Assembly (NCBI GenBank): GCA_031261965.1
Contig: JAISIP010000146.1
Location: 1-54,949, forward strand
Direction of reading: 5' to 3'
Length of the DNA stretch: 54,949 bases
Source: Victivallales bacterium
GTDB lineage: Bacteria; Verrucomicrobiota; Lentisphaeria; Victivallales; Victivallaceae
Numbering within the stretch: position 1 is the stretch's first letter; each line of letters opens with the position of its first letter. The translations under genes were made by a program, and so were the position numbers. The notes under the pieces are model-generated. The model did not search any database. It saw nothing but the letters and a program-made list of their open reading frames with translations, and had not been told where the DNA came from. This document shows positions 18,801-27,884 of the stretch, one piece after another.

Positions 18801-19571
18801 ATGAGTCGCAAAGTTATTATCGCCGGGAATTGGAAGATGAATAAAACCGCCGCCGAAGGCAAGGCGTTGGTTGAAGCTCTTAAAAAAGAGGTCGCCGATA
18901 TTTCGACGGCAAAAGCCGATATTGTGGTTTGTCCGCCTTTCACCACCATCGCCGCCGTGGCGGAGGCGATCAAAGGCAGCAATATCAAGCTCGGAGCGCA
19001 AAATATTCATTGGGCATCCAACGGTGCTTTTACCGGCGAAGTCTCCGCCGATATGCTTAAAGAACTCGGAGTTGAGTATGTGATCATCGGTCACAGTGAA
19101 CGGCGTCAATATTTCGGTGAAACCGATGCGACGGTAAATAAGCGGGTCAAGGCCGCGCTGGCGGCGGGGTTCACCCCGATTGTATGCGTGGGCGAGCTGC
19201 TCGAAGAGCGTGAGTCCGGCAAAACCGAACAAGTTCTCTTTACACAACTTGAGGGAGGCTTGGCGGATCTCGGCAAAGACGAGATGGCAAAAGTCGTGAT
19301 CGCTTACGAGCCGGTTTGGGCGATCGGCACCGGCAAGACTGCCACCCCGGCAATGGCCGAAGAGACCCATAATTATATTCGTATGACCTTAAATGATATG
19401 TTCGGCCGGGAGATCGGCGAGGGCGTTCGCATCCAATACGGCGGCAGTATGAAGGCCGACAACGCCAAAGAGTTGGTCGCCCAGCGCAATATCGACGGCG
19501 GTTTAATCGGCGGTGCGGCATTGGCGGCGGACAGCTTTTCGGCGCTGATTCACAACGCCATTGCCGAGTAA
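18801..19571 (+). CDS. tpiA: Triosephosphate isomerase
   Basis: AGNWKMN, GHSERR, AYEPVWAIGTG, YGGS; ATG behind GGAGG. Confidence 0.98.
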   Translation: MSRKVIIAGNWKMNKTAAEGKALVEALKKEVADISTAKADIVVCPPFTTIAAVAEAIKGSNIKLGAQNIHWASNGAFTGEVSADMLKELGVEYVIIGHSERRQYFGETDATVNKRVKAALAAGFTPIVCVGELLEERESGKTEQVLFTQLEGGLADLGKDEMAKVVIAYEPVWAIGTGKTATPAMAEETHNYIRMTLNDMFGREIGEGVRIQYGGSMKADNAKELVAQRNIDGGLIGGAALAADSFSALIHNAIAE

Positions 19572-19732
19572 TTGTGCAAAAAGTGAAAAAAATATCAATA
19601 ATATTGGCGTAATTGTGAAAAAAAGGGTTGCTTTTTTGTCTGATATGCGCTAATGTTAGTCAGGTTCGGCGATTGTGAGGCACTGGAGACTTTTTGTCTG
19701 GTTGCTTAAAAAACGAAAAGGCGTAATTTAAT

Positions 19733-20083
19733 ATGATCATATTTTTATATGTGCTTGTGGCGATTATTTCGCTGTTGGTAATCGGGGTTATTTTGATTCA
19801 ACCATCGAAATCCGGCGGCATGGGGGCGGCGTTTGGCGGCATTGGCGAATCGGTGTTCGGCGCGCAAGTCGGCAGCCACCTGACCAAAGCCACAGTGATT
19901 ATGACCGGCATCTTTTTTGTGCTTGCGCTTGTGCTTGCCGCGTTGATCGGTCACGGTTATCGTGACGATGACACCTCTTCGGCGATCACCCGTCAGCTGG
20001 AAGCCGGGGTGGAGACTCCGGCGGTTTCCGCCGACGCGGTCAAACTCGCGCCGGAATCGAGTTCGGCGGAAAAACTCCCGTAA
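19733..20083 (+). CDS. secG: Preprotein translocase subunit SecG
   Basis: LIQPSKSGGMGAAFGG, two TM helices, tpiA-secG synteny. Confidence 0.92.
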   Translation: MIIFLYVLVAIISLLVIGVILIQPSKSGGMGAAFGGIGESVFGAQVGSHLTKATVIMTGIFFVLALVLAALIGHGYRDDDTSSAITRQLEAGVETPAVSADAVKLAPESSSAEKLP

Positions 20084-20112
20084 AACATCCGAGAAGCTGA
20101 GGGAAAGTTTTT

Positions 20113-20787
20113 ATGAAAAATGTGTTGTTTTCGGCTGGTTTACTTGCGTTGGTGATGCTTTTTGCACACGCAACATATGCGGGAAACACCGAGGAGCTGT
20201 TTACCAAGATCAAGATTGATCTGTCCTCGAGTAATCCGCCGAACCTCCGAAACACCGGAAACAACACCACTTATTCCAGTAGCATGTCATGGCGCAACCG
20301 CTGGCTGGTTATCGCCGTTGAATTTACGCCGGTCGCTCCGCCGAAGATGCGTCGTGCCTGGATCGACGGGGCAACACTGAGCGTGCGTGCCATGTTCAAC
20401 GCGCCGTCGGAGAGCAAAAAACAGACGCATGTCTTTTCCGGAAAAAGCGTGTTTTGGACAATTCCGCTCGATGCCAAAAAGCATATCGCCACGATGATGA
20501 TTCCTCCGCAATTGCTGGATCGTTATTTGCCCCGTACCGGTAGCGGTAGCGTGGCGAGTTCCAGCAATGCCGAAGTTGAAGCGGTGTTTTTTGATCGCGA
20601 CGGGGCGGAAATTGGTCGCGGCTATTACAGCACGAAAAAATGGATAGTACCGAAAAACGCGGTCGAAGTTCCCAACTCAATTTTTGCGCGAAACGAAACG
20701 CCGTGGTCGATTTTAGATGTAGATTATTTTGATCTGCTTCAGGCTAAAGGCACACCGGTTGCTGCGATCGCGGACGGCGGGGAATAA
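20113..20787 (+). CDS. Secreted protein, Amuc_1102-like pilus-associated
   Basis: Signal peptide, RWLVIAVEF and ETPW motifs, position before PilM. Confidence 0.6.
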   Translation: MKNVLFSAGLLALVMLFAHATYAGNTEELFTKIKIDLSSSNPPNLRNTGNNTTYSSSMSWRNRWLVIAVEFTPVAPPKMRRAWIDGATLSVRAMFNAPSESKKQTHVFSGKSVFWTIPLDAKKHIATMMIPPQLLDRYLPRTGSGSVASSSNAEVEAVFFDRDGAEIGRGYYSTKKWIVPKNAVEVPNSIFARNETPWSILDVDYFDLLQAKGTPVAAIADGGE

Positions 20788-20856
20788 CCTTTGGAATTTA
20801 TTAAACAACAGCGTCGATGAAAATTTGACGCGAAATATGTGGAACAACCATTAAAA

Positions 20857-22665
20857 ATGCCAAAAGAGAACACGGTTTTGACGATTGACATCGGCGGCGG
20901 CAGCTTGAAGATGGCCGAATTCGTTTTCCCGCCCGGCGGCGCGGTGATGTTGCGTAAATTTGCCTTTCGGAAATTAGAAGAGCAAGAGGGCGACAACTCC
21001 GCTTTTGCCCAGGCTTATCATGAAATGATTGAGCATAATCATTTTTCGGCAAAAGAGGTTCGGCTTTCGCTTTCCGGGCAGTCTTCATTTTCGCGATTGA
21101 GCAAACTTCCGGCACTTCTCGGCAATAAGAACGCCATTGCCCGTATAATGGAATATGAGGCGCGTCAGACCGTGCCGTATGCGATGAGCGAGGTGGTTTG
21201 GGATTATCAGCTGATTCGCCATGCCTGGTCGGATAAACACAGCGAAACCCAGGAGGACGGCAGCACGATCGAGATTGCCGAAGATCACGAGGAGTACGAG
21301 GCGCTGTTTGTCGCGGTTAAAAACGATCAGATTGTCCGCTATACCGATGTGATCGAAGACTCCGGCAAAAAAATTCTCTCGGTAGAAATTGCCCCGGTTG
21401 CACTGTTTAACGCAGCCAAAGGGACTCAGTTGCGCGATGACGAGTGTGCTTTGATTTTGAATATCGGCGGTCGCGGTTCCAGTTTGATGATCGCCGATCA
21501 AAACCGGGTATTTATCCGCCCGATTCCGATAGGGGGAGATACTGTTACTCAGCAGGTGGCAAAAGAGTTTGGCATCGGGTTTCCCGAAGCGGAAGACTTG
21601 AAGCACCGTCATGGGTTTGTCGCACTCGGCGGAGCTTACGAAGAGCCGGAATCCGAAGTGGCGGCGACGATTTCAAAGATCGCCCGCAACGTCATGACGC
21701 GGTTGCACGGCGAAGTCAACCGTTCGATAAATGTTTGGCGTGCACAGCACGGCGGGCATCAGCCCGGTCGGGTGTTGCTCGCAGGCGGCGGCTCGAAGAT
21801 GTTGTATATCACGGATTTCTTTTACGAGAAACTCCGCTTGCCGGTGGAGTATTTAAATACATTTGCGGCGATTACGATCGAAGAGTCGATAAATAAAGAG
21901 GCGCTTCAGGCGATCGCGCCGATGTTCCAGGAAATGATCGGGCTGAGCTTGCGCAGTGTTACGCAATGTCCGATTGATATATCGTTGATTCCGACTTCCA
22001 TTCGCAATCAGGTTGAATTGAATCACAAAAAGCCCTATTTTTATGTTTCCGCCTTTTCGTTGATTCTTTGTCTGGTGATTTTCGCTTTTGGCGTCAACAA
22101 GCGTTTAAATTTTGACAAACAGCGGGTTGAGCGGGTCAAGATCGAGGTGGAAAAGACCAATGTCAAAGTCAAAGAGGTGGATGGCTTGGCCGGCAAGTTG
22201 AATTCTGCCAAAAACGCGTTTGAAGAGCCCATGCAGTTTCTCGCGGCACGCGGCAAGTGGACTGAGATGCTTGCCGAGCTTGAGCAAAAGATGCCGGACA
22301 CGATGTGGTTCGCGAGTTTAGAAGGAGTCGGCGATGAAGTTGCTTCGGAAGATGGTCAAGGCGGCGGGTCGTCAGGCGTGGGCAATCCGTTTGGCGGATC
22401 CGGCGAACCGGCGGCGACCGGGGCGACTACGAGTGCGTTGCCGATCAATATAACCGAAGTCAAACAGTTGCGCTTGACCGGGTACACCCTGATTATGGGG
22501 GAGAATCTTTTGGAAGAGCGGTTTTTAAAACAGCTTAAAGGGTCTAAGTTTTTTGAAGATGTGGAGGGAGGATCTTCGCTGGTGAAGTTCACCCCGGAGA
22601 CAGATACGCTCAACTTGAGTTCGTTTGAAATTCTCGTGAAGCTCAAGGAATCGATCAAGAAATAG
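20857..22665 (+). CDS. pilM: PilM-PilN-like fusion (Amuc_1101-like)
   Basis: IDIGGGSLK, EARQTVPY..VVWDY, LNIG, AGGGS actin-like fold, then SLIP, a TM helix and a periplasmic region. Confidence 0.85.
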   Translation: MPKENTVLTIDIGGGSLKMAEFVFPPGGAVMLRKFAFRKLEEQEGDNSAFAQAYHEMIEHNHFSAKEVRLSLSGQSSFSRLSKLPALLGNKNAIARIMEYEARQTVPYAMSEVVWDYQLIRHAWSDKHSETQEDGSTIEIAEDHEEYEALFVAVKNDQIVRYTDVIEDSGKKILSVEIAPVALFNAAKGTQLRDDECALILNIGGRGSSLMIADQNRVFIRPIPIGGDTVTQQVAKEFGIGFPEAEDLKHRHGFVALGGAYEEPESEVAATISKIARNVMTRLHGEVNRSINVWRAQHGGHQPGRVLLAGGGSKMLYITDFFYEKLRLPVEYLNTFAAITIEESINKEALQAIAPMFQEMIGLSLRSVTQCPIDISLIPTSIRNQVELNHKKPYFYVSAFSLILCLVIFAFGVNKRLNFDKQRVERVKIEVEKTNVKVKEVDGLAGKLNSAKNAFEEPMQFLAARGKWTEMLAELEQKMPDTMWFASLEGVGDEVASEDGQGGGSSGVGNPFGGSGEPAATGATTSALPINITEVKQLRLTGYTLIMGENLLEERFLKQLKGSKFFEDVEGGSSLVKFTPETDTLNLSSFEILVKLKESIKK

Positions 22666-22679
22666 CGCGGAGAGTTACT

Positions 22680-23984
22680 GTGAATAGATTTGTGAAGAAC
22701 AATTTGGTGCTGATTGCCGTTATCGGGGCGTGTCTGGTCGCTACGATTGGATTGGTGGTGTGGACGACGATGTTGTATATGCAAATGCATCAATATATCG
22801 CCGAGACCGGGCAATTGCGCGAGAGTATCGGTGCTTTGATCAAAAAGACACCTGCTCCGGTGCAGGGGAATATTCCGCTGCTTGAGGCGGATCGCAAGCT
22901 TTACAATCGTTCTGCCCGGCAGCTTCGGCTGGCGTTCGGTCATCCGTTGCGTTCGGCACTGGAGGCGTTTATTTCTGTGGTACGCACGACCAAGGGCGAG
23001 AAGATCACGCTGAACGACTTCAAAAAAGACCTTTTAGCGGAGTGGAACAAGAGTGAATCTTATGCCCAAAAGGAGTTAAATTACAAGAGTTTTCAGCGCA
23101 ATTTTCCCAATTGGACAAATGCGATGCGGGCATTTCGCACGGCGGCGGAAAAAGCCACCGCCGAGCCGATTAGCGACGATAATATCAATGAGATTTTTCA
23201 AAGCGCGTTGGGTATACCGCGCCGGCTTGGCGGCAAGCTGGATAATCTTCAGCGGTTGATGAACAACTATCGTAATGGGTTGCTTGAGATGACCAAAGGC
23301 AAGATAATGTTTGATTCGGAAGAGGCGACGCATTTTTCGTTTGCAGCTCCGCTTGCCGCCGCGTCGACTATGCAGGGCGGGGAATCTTCGGAAGACCCGA
23401 CGGCGGATTACCCTGTAATTGCTCAGCATTGGGAGATCTTAAGCGACATTGTCCGGCGGTCGTGCGATTCGGGGATTCACAGTTTCACCTCGTTCCGCAG
23501 ACGTTCGATTCAACCTGAGAAGGTCGGCGGGTTCGACGTGTTTCATTATTCGATCGGGTTAACCGGCACGATGGAGAGCATTCGTAAGCTGGTCGGTATT
23601 TTGGATCAGGCGATTAGTGACAATCGAGTTTATGTGGTTAGGAGCATATTTTTGTATCGGCTCGAAGATTCCGCACGCACGTTGTTGATGCCCGAGGCTC
23701 TCGTGACCGATAAACCCAATATCGATGTTGATGTTTCAGCGACACGGCCGGGCGGTCGCCGCAACGGCAGAAGGCGTTCGGAGTCGGAATCGACGCAACC
23801 CAGCGAAGAACAGCGCAAGGCACAGGAGCTTGCCCGGCGTCAAGCCGAAGAGTTGGCTCAACGCGAGAAGAGTTTACCTTATTATCACCGTTCGGGATAC
23901 GGTGAGCCGGTGATCGGCAGGAGCGATATTTGCCGGGCCGTCATTGATGTGGAGTACGTCATGGAATCCGGCGACGGAAATTAG
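22680..23984 (+). CDS. Amuc_1100-like (PilO-like) pilus-associated protein
   Basis: N-terminal TM, coiled coil, IGLTGTMESIRKLV..YVVRSI ferredoxin-like pattern; synteny. Confidence 0.6.
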   Translation: MNRFVKNNLVLIAVIGACLVATIGLVVWTTMLYMQMHQYIAETGQLRESIGALIKKTPAPVQGNIPLLEADRKLYNRSARQLRLAFGHPLRSALEAFISVVRTTKGEKITLNDFKKDLLAEWNKSESYAQKELNYKSFQRNFPNWTNAMRAFRTAAEKATAEPISDDNINEIFQSALGIPRRLGGKLDNLQRLMNNYRNGLLEMTKGKIMFDSEEATHFSFAAPLAAASTMQGGESSEDPTADYPVIAQHWEILSDIVRRSCDSGIHSFTSFRRRSIQPEKVGGFDVFHYSIGLTGTMESIRKLVGILDQAISDNRVYVVRSIFLYRLEDSARTLLMPEALVTDKPNIDVDVSATRPGGRRNGRRRSESESTQPSEEQRKAQELARRQAEELAQREKSLPYYHRSGYGEPVIGRSDICRAVIDVEYVMESGDGN

Positions 23985-24003
23985 TGAAAGCGGAGGATTT
24001 ATT

Positions 24004-25215
24004 TTGAATTTATTAAAAAAACATTATGAAAAGCTGATTCTGCTTTTGCTTTTGCTGATTTTTATCGGTTTGATGTTTCACGTGCTGAGTATTGTAAAAC
24101 AGACCGGCGAAATTCAAGACCACCATTTACAGATTCCCACGCGGGAGCCGGACTATAAGGTTCAAGATCCGAAGAGTCCGACCTTTGACGTTTCGAAGAT
24201 TTTTGAAAACACCCGTCTAAGCTGGGTCAATCCCGGAGCGAGAGAAAAAAGTGCGGTTTACACCGATTTGGCATATGTGTTTAAAATCGCCTATTGCCCG
24301 TTTTGCAAAAAGTTGATTCCCCGCAAGTATATGGAGGAGCAGGATCTCTGCCCGTTTTGCAAAAACCATGAGAATAAAGGCGCGGGGTTTGCCAAGCCGC
24401 CCGAAGACAGCGTCAAAGTGGTGATTCCCGAGGAGATTCGGCGCAAATACAATTTGGACGAGACCGATTTGGACAGCGATTATTACGATCTTGACGGAGA
24501 CGGGTTCTCAAATATTTACGAATATATGATGCAGACCGATATGGGCAAAGCCCGCAATCATCCGCCGTTTTGGCATCGTTTACGGGTGATCGAAATGGGC
24601 AAAATTGTCCTGCCGATCAATTTGAAAAGCGTCAATATGATGGACAGCGACGATCCGAAGCAGTGGGAGTTGCAAGTAGAAACCGACAGGATGGTCAACT
24701 TCTATTCCATCGGCGGCGAGCTGGAGATCGACGGCACATATTTTAAGATCGAAAATGTCGGGCGGGAGGCCGGCAAGGCCGCCGACGGCAAAGATTTGTT
24801 CACACTTGAGCTTAAGGAAGTCGATGGCGACCGGACTCTGACGTTAGCTACCGGGGGAGTTATTCGTTCGCTCACCGACAAGGCGGTGTTGCAGGATGTT
24901 TTCAACCTTCGCAAGTATACGGTTGCACCGGAAGGTACTTTTAACATGGGCGATCGCCGCACCGGGAGCGAAGGTTATCGGGTCAAGAGTTTTGACCTCG
25001 AAGAAGGCTCGGTATTGTTGGAGAGTTCATCGAGTGTTGAAGGGGAAGACCCCGCGAAAAAGCCGGAAGAACAGATGATTGTTACCGGTTCGGGCAAGAT
25101 TTCGCCGCTGTTTATGGTAAAAGTCCCGAAGCCGAAAATAGAATCGGAAATGCCCGGGGAGAATGAATTTTCCGGTGCGGCTCCGCGGAATTCGCGTCCG
25201 AATGGTCGGCGATGA
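24004..25215 (+). CDS. Amuc_1099-like protein with zinc ribbon and DxDGDG motif
   Basis: KKHYEKLILL start, two CPFC motifs, DLDGDGFSNIYEY; TTG start behind GGAGG. Confidence 0.65.
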   Translation: MNLLKKHYEKLILLLLLLIFIGLMFHVLSIVKQTGEIQDHHLQIPTREPDYKVQDPKSPTFDVSKIFENTRLSWVNPGAREKSAVYTDLAYVFKIAYCPFCKKLIPRKYMEEQDLCPFCKNHENKGAGFAKPPEDSVKVVIPEEIRRKYNLDETDLDSDYYDLDGDGFSNIYEYMMQTDMGKARNHPPFWHRLRVIEMGKIVLPINLKSVNMMDSDDPKQWELQVETDRMVNFYSIGGELEIDGTYFKIENVGREAGKAADGKDLFTLELKEVDGDRTLTLATGGVIRSLTDKAVLQDVFNLRKYTVAPEGTFNMGDRRTGSEGYRVKSFDLEEGSVLLESSSSVEGEDPAKKPEEQMIVTGSGKISPLFMVKVPKPKIESEMPGENEFSGAAPRNSRPNGRR

Positions 25216-25274
25216 TGATGTTTTGACAATAAAATTCAGATAGATCTATTAACAATCCAAGGTAGACAACGAGC

Positions 25275-27860
25275 ATGGAAATCTCAAACCGAAAGCTGTT
25301 TTCGCGGGGATTGGTTGCGATTGGTTTCGCACTTGCGTTTTCCGCAACTCCCGGCGCGGGATTCGCTGCGGAGCAGACGGAAACAAAAGCAACGGTCGCG
25401 CCGGACACCATCGACGAAAAAGAGTTAAGCGCGCAGGAGCAAGCCTCACGCCGCAAGATGTTTGCACAACAGGATGCCAGAATCGAAGCGGCACGCAAAC
25501 TGGATTTTGAAAGCAAGAAAAAAGAGTTTCAGGCGGTGATTGCGGAATTATCCGACCCGAATCACAACTATGGAACATTGGGTATCCAGCGGCGCAGGCT
25601 TTTCCTAAAGGAGCTTGAGCGAATTAAGATCGCCAGGGGCAAAGAGTTGCTCGATCAGGCTCGTTTGGCGGCATCGGACAAGCTTTATCCCAATGCGATT
25701 CAGTTGGCTGCCGAAGCGGGCGAAGTCTCCAAGCCCGAAAAGGGTGTGGACGGTTCGCAATCGGGTTCGCCGCTTGCCGGTGAGGTAGATTCATTTATCG
25801 ACTATTGTCGCACCCGCCAAGACGCACTGGAAATCCGCCAGACGGTCGATGTAAAAAACAGCTATCCAATGTACGAAGAAAACAAAGCCAAGGTCAAACG
25901 GTTGCTTGCCGAGGCGCGGACATTTTATCAGGCGCGACGCTTTGACGACGCCGCCTCACGGGTTGAAGAAATTTATTTGATCGACCCGCTCCAGCGCGAT
26001 GCGATTCAACTGATGAATGATATTTACAAACAAAATTACACTGCCGGGTTGCACCGCCGCTCTGCGGACGTTGTCGGGCAGTTGACCTCGGCGGGGTGGC
26101 AGTGGGTCGAGCCGGTGTTTCCGGTTAGTATTCAATCCGAAGTTCAACCCGGAGAACGCAAAGACCCGGTGGGTCAGGGTACACTGGCGAAGATGGAGCG
26201 GATTGTGTTTCCGCGCATTGAGTTTGAAGATATGAATGTAAAGGCGGTTCTCAGTTACCTCAACGACCGCAGCAAAATTTATGACCCCGACAAAGAGGGG
26301 GTGAGCATCACTGCCGGATTCGACAATCGGACCGCCGAACGGATAGGCAAAGTGACGATGAATTTGTCTCGCATTCCTATGAGTGACGTGATTCGCTATG
26401 TCTGCCAAAATACCGGGTTGAAATATCGGGTTGACCCCAGTGGGGTGATTGTCGGACCGAATGTGGACGAAATGCAAATACAGTATTTTCAGGTTCGCGG
26501 CGATTTGATCTCAAGTATTACCGGCGACGACAGCGCGGAATCCGCCCAAGGCGGAGCTGCTATGGGCGGTGACACCGGTGGCGGACCAGCCGGAGTTACA
26601 GGTGAAGGTGGCGGCGGCGAGGAGTCCAAGACTTTTCTCGATCGCGGCACTACGGTAAAAAAGCCATCGGTTACGGCGGTGGCATTGATGCGCTATTTTG
26701 AAGAACGTGGCGTGCCGTTTGCTTCCGGCAGCTCGATTTCGTACGACAAACGCGCCGGCAAATTGATTGTGCGTAATACGATCGAAAATTTGCGTCGACT
26801 CGATGAATTGATTCGCCAGCTTGACGGCATCCAGACCGCATTGGTTATGATTGAGATTAAAGGTATTGAAATCAGTGAAACCGATATGCAGGAGTTGGGC
26901 TTCGACTGGTCGATGGATCTGATTACCCGCAATATGTCTATAGATGGCGCGGGCAATCTTTCGCTGACGCCGGGAGCGGACAATGGTTGGGCGCTCGGTC
27001 AGGGGGGGACCCGCTTGCCGAACACCCGCGGAGCGACCGGCAACGATGCGTTGTGGGGAATCAACACCACGGTGATCAACAAGCTTAATATCTTTCCGGC
27101 GATTTTCGGCAAGCAGAGCATTTTCGGTTCGGACGTGCCGTTTAACCTCTATTTGACCATCAACGCATTGAGTCAGAACTCCCGAGTCGAAACTTTATCG
27201 GCTCCCAAGGTCATGACGACCAGCGGTGAAAAAGCATCGGTGAAGATGACCAAAAGTTACTGGTTTCCGACCGAATGGGAAGATTATGAGATCGATGATG
27301 ATGACAATGGCGTGACCATCACGATTCCGACCCCGACCTTTGAAGAGTTCGACGACATCGGCATTAGTTTTGACGTAACCCCGATAGTCAACCCGGACAA
27401 TTACACGATTATGTTGGACGTCAACCCGGTGGTACGCAACTTCATCGGCAAAGACGAATATCCGATCGTGGTTGCCGGCGAACTGACCCGGTATGTCAAC
27501 GCCACCGACGAAAGCGGCGCGGCGATTCCCGGCACGCAGGTGCTTCAGCGGGTTGAAGAGTCGATGACCTTTAACGTCTGGATGCCGATTATCTCCTCGC
27601 GCCGTCTTCGGGTCAATGTCACGGTATACGACGGGGAAACTATCGTATTGGGCGGCATGATCGACAGCGCGATCAACAAACGTACGGATAAATGGCCGAT
27701 TCTCGGGGATCTGCCTTTTATCGGCCGGTTTTTCACATCGCAGGCGGAAGACACCGTACGCAATAATTTGTTGCTGTTTGTCACCACTCGGTTGGTGAAC
27801 AACGACGGGATTCCCATTCGCCGCGGTCAGCGCAATGGCGCACCGGATTTTCATCGCTAA
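25275..27860 (+). CDS. Secretin 1 (PilQ/GspD family, Amuc_1098-like)
   Basis: Signal peptide, helical repeat N-terminus, LSAPKVMT, DGETIVLGG, KWPILGDLPFIGRFF. Confidence 0.9.
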   Translation: MEISNRKLFSRGLVAIGFALAFSATPGAGFAAEQTETKATVAPDTIDEKELSAQEQASRRKMFAQQDARIEAARKLDFESKKKEFQAVIAELSDPNHNYGTLGIQRRRLFLKELERIKIARGKELLDQARLAASDKLYPNAIQLAAEAGEVSKPEKGVDGSQSGSPLAGEVDSFIDYCRTRQDALEIRQTVDVKNSYPMYEENKAKVKRLLAEARTFYQARRFDDAASRVEEIYLIDPLQRDAIQLMNDIYKQNYTAGLHRRSADVVGQLTSAGWQWVEPVFPVSIQSEVQPGERKDPVGQGTLAKMERIVFPRIEFEDMNVKAVLSYLNDRSKIYDPDKEGVSITAGFDNRTAERIGKVTMNLSRIPMSDVIRYVCQNTGLKYRVDPSGVIVGPNVDEMQIQYFQVRGDLISSITGDDSAESAQGGAAMGGDTGGGPAGVTGEGGGGEESKTFLDRGTTVKKPSVTAVALMRYFEERGVPFASGSSISYDKRAGKLIVRNTIENLRRLDELIRQLDGIQTALVMIEIKGIEISETDMQELGFDWSMDLITRNMSIDGAGNLSLTPGADNGWALGQGGTRLPNTRGATGNDALWGINTTVINKLNIFPAIFGKQSIFGSDVPFNLYLTINALSQNSRVETLSAPKVMTTSGEKASVKMTKSYWFPTEWEDYEIDDDDNGVTITIPTPTFEEFDDIGISFDVTPIVNPDNYTIMLDVNPVVRNFIGKDEYPIVVAGELTRYVNATDESGAAIPGTQVLQRVEESMTFNVWMPIISSRRLRVNVTVYDGETIVLGGMIDSAINKRTDKWPILGDLPFIGRFFTSQAEDTVRNNLLLFVTTRLVNNDGIPIRRGQRNGAPDFHR

Positions 27861-27884
27861 ATTTAACGCCGGAGGCATAAAGAT

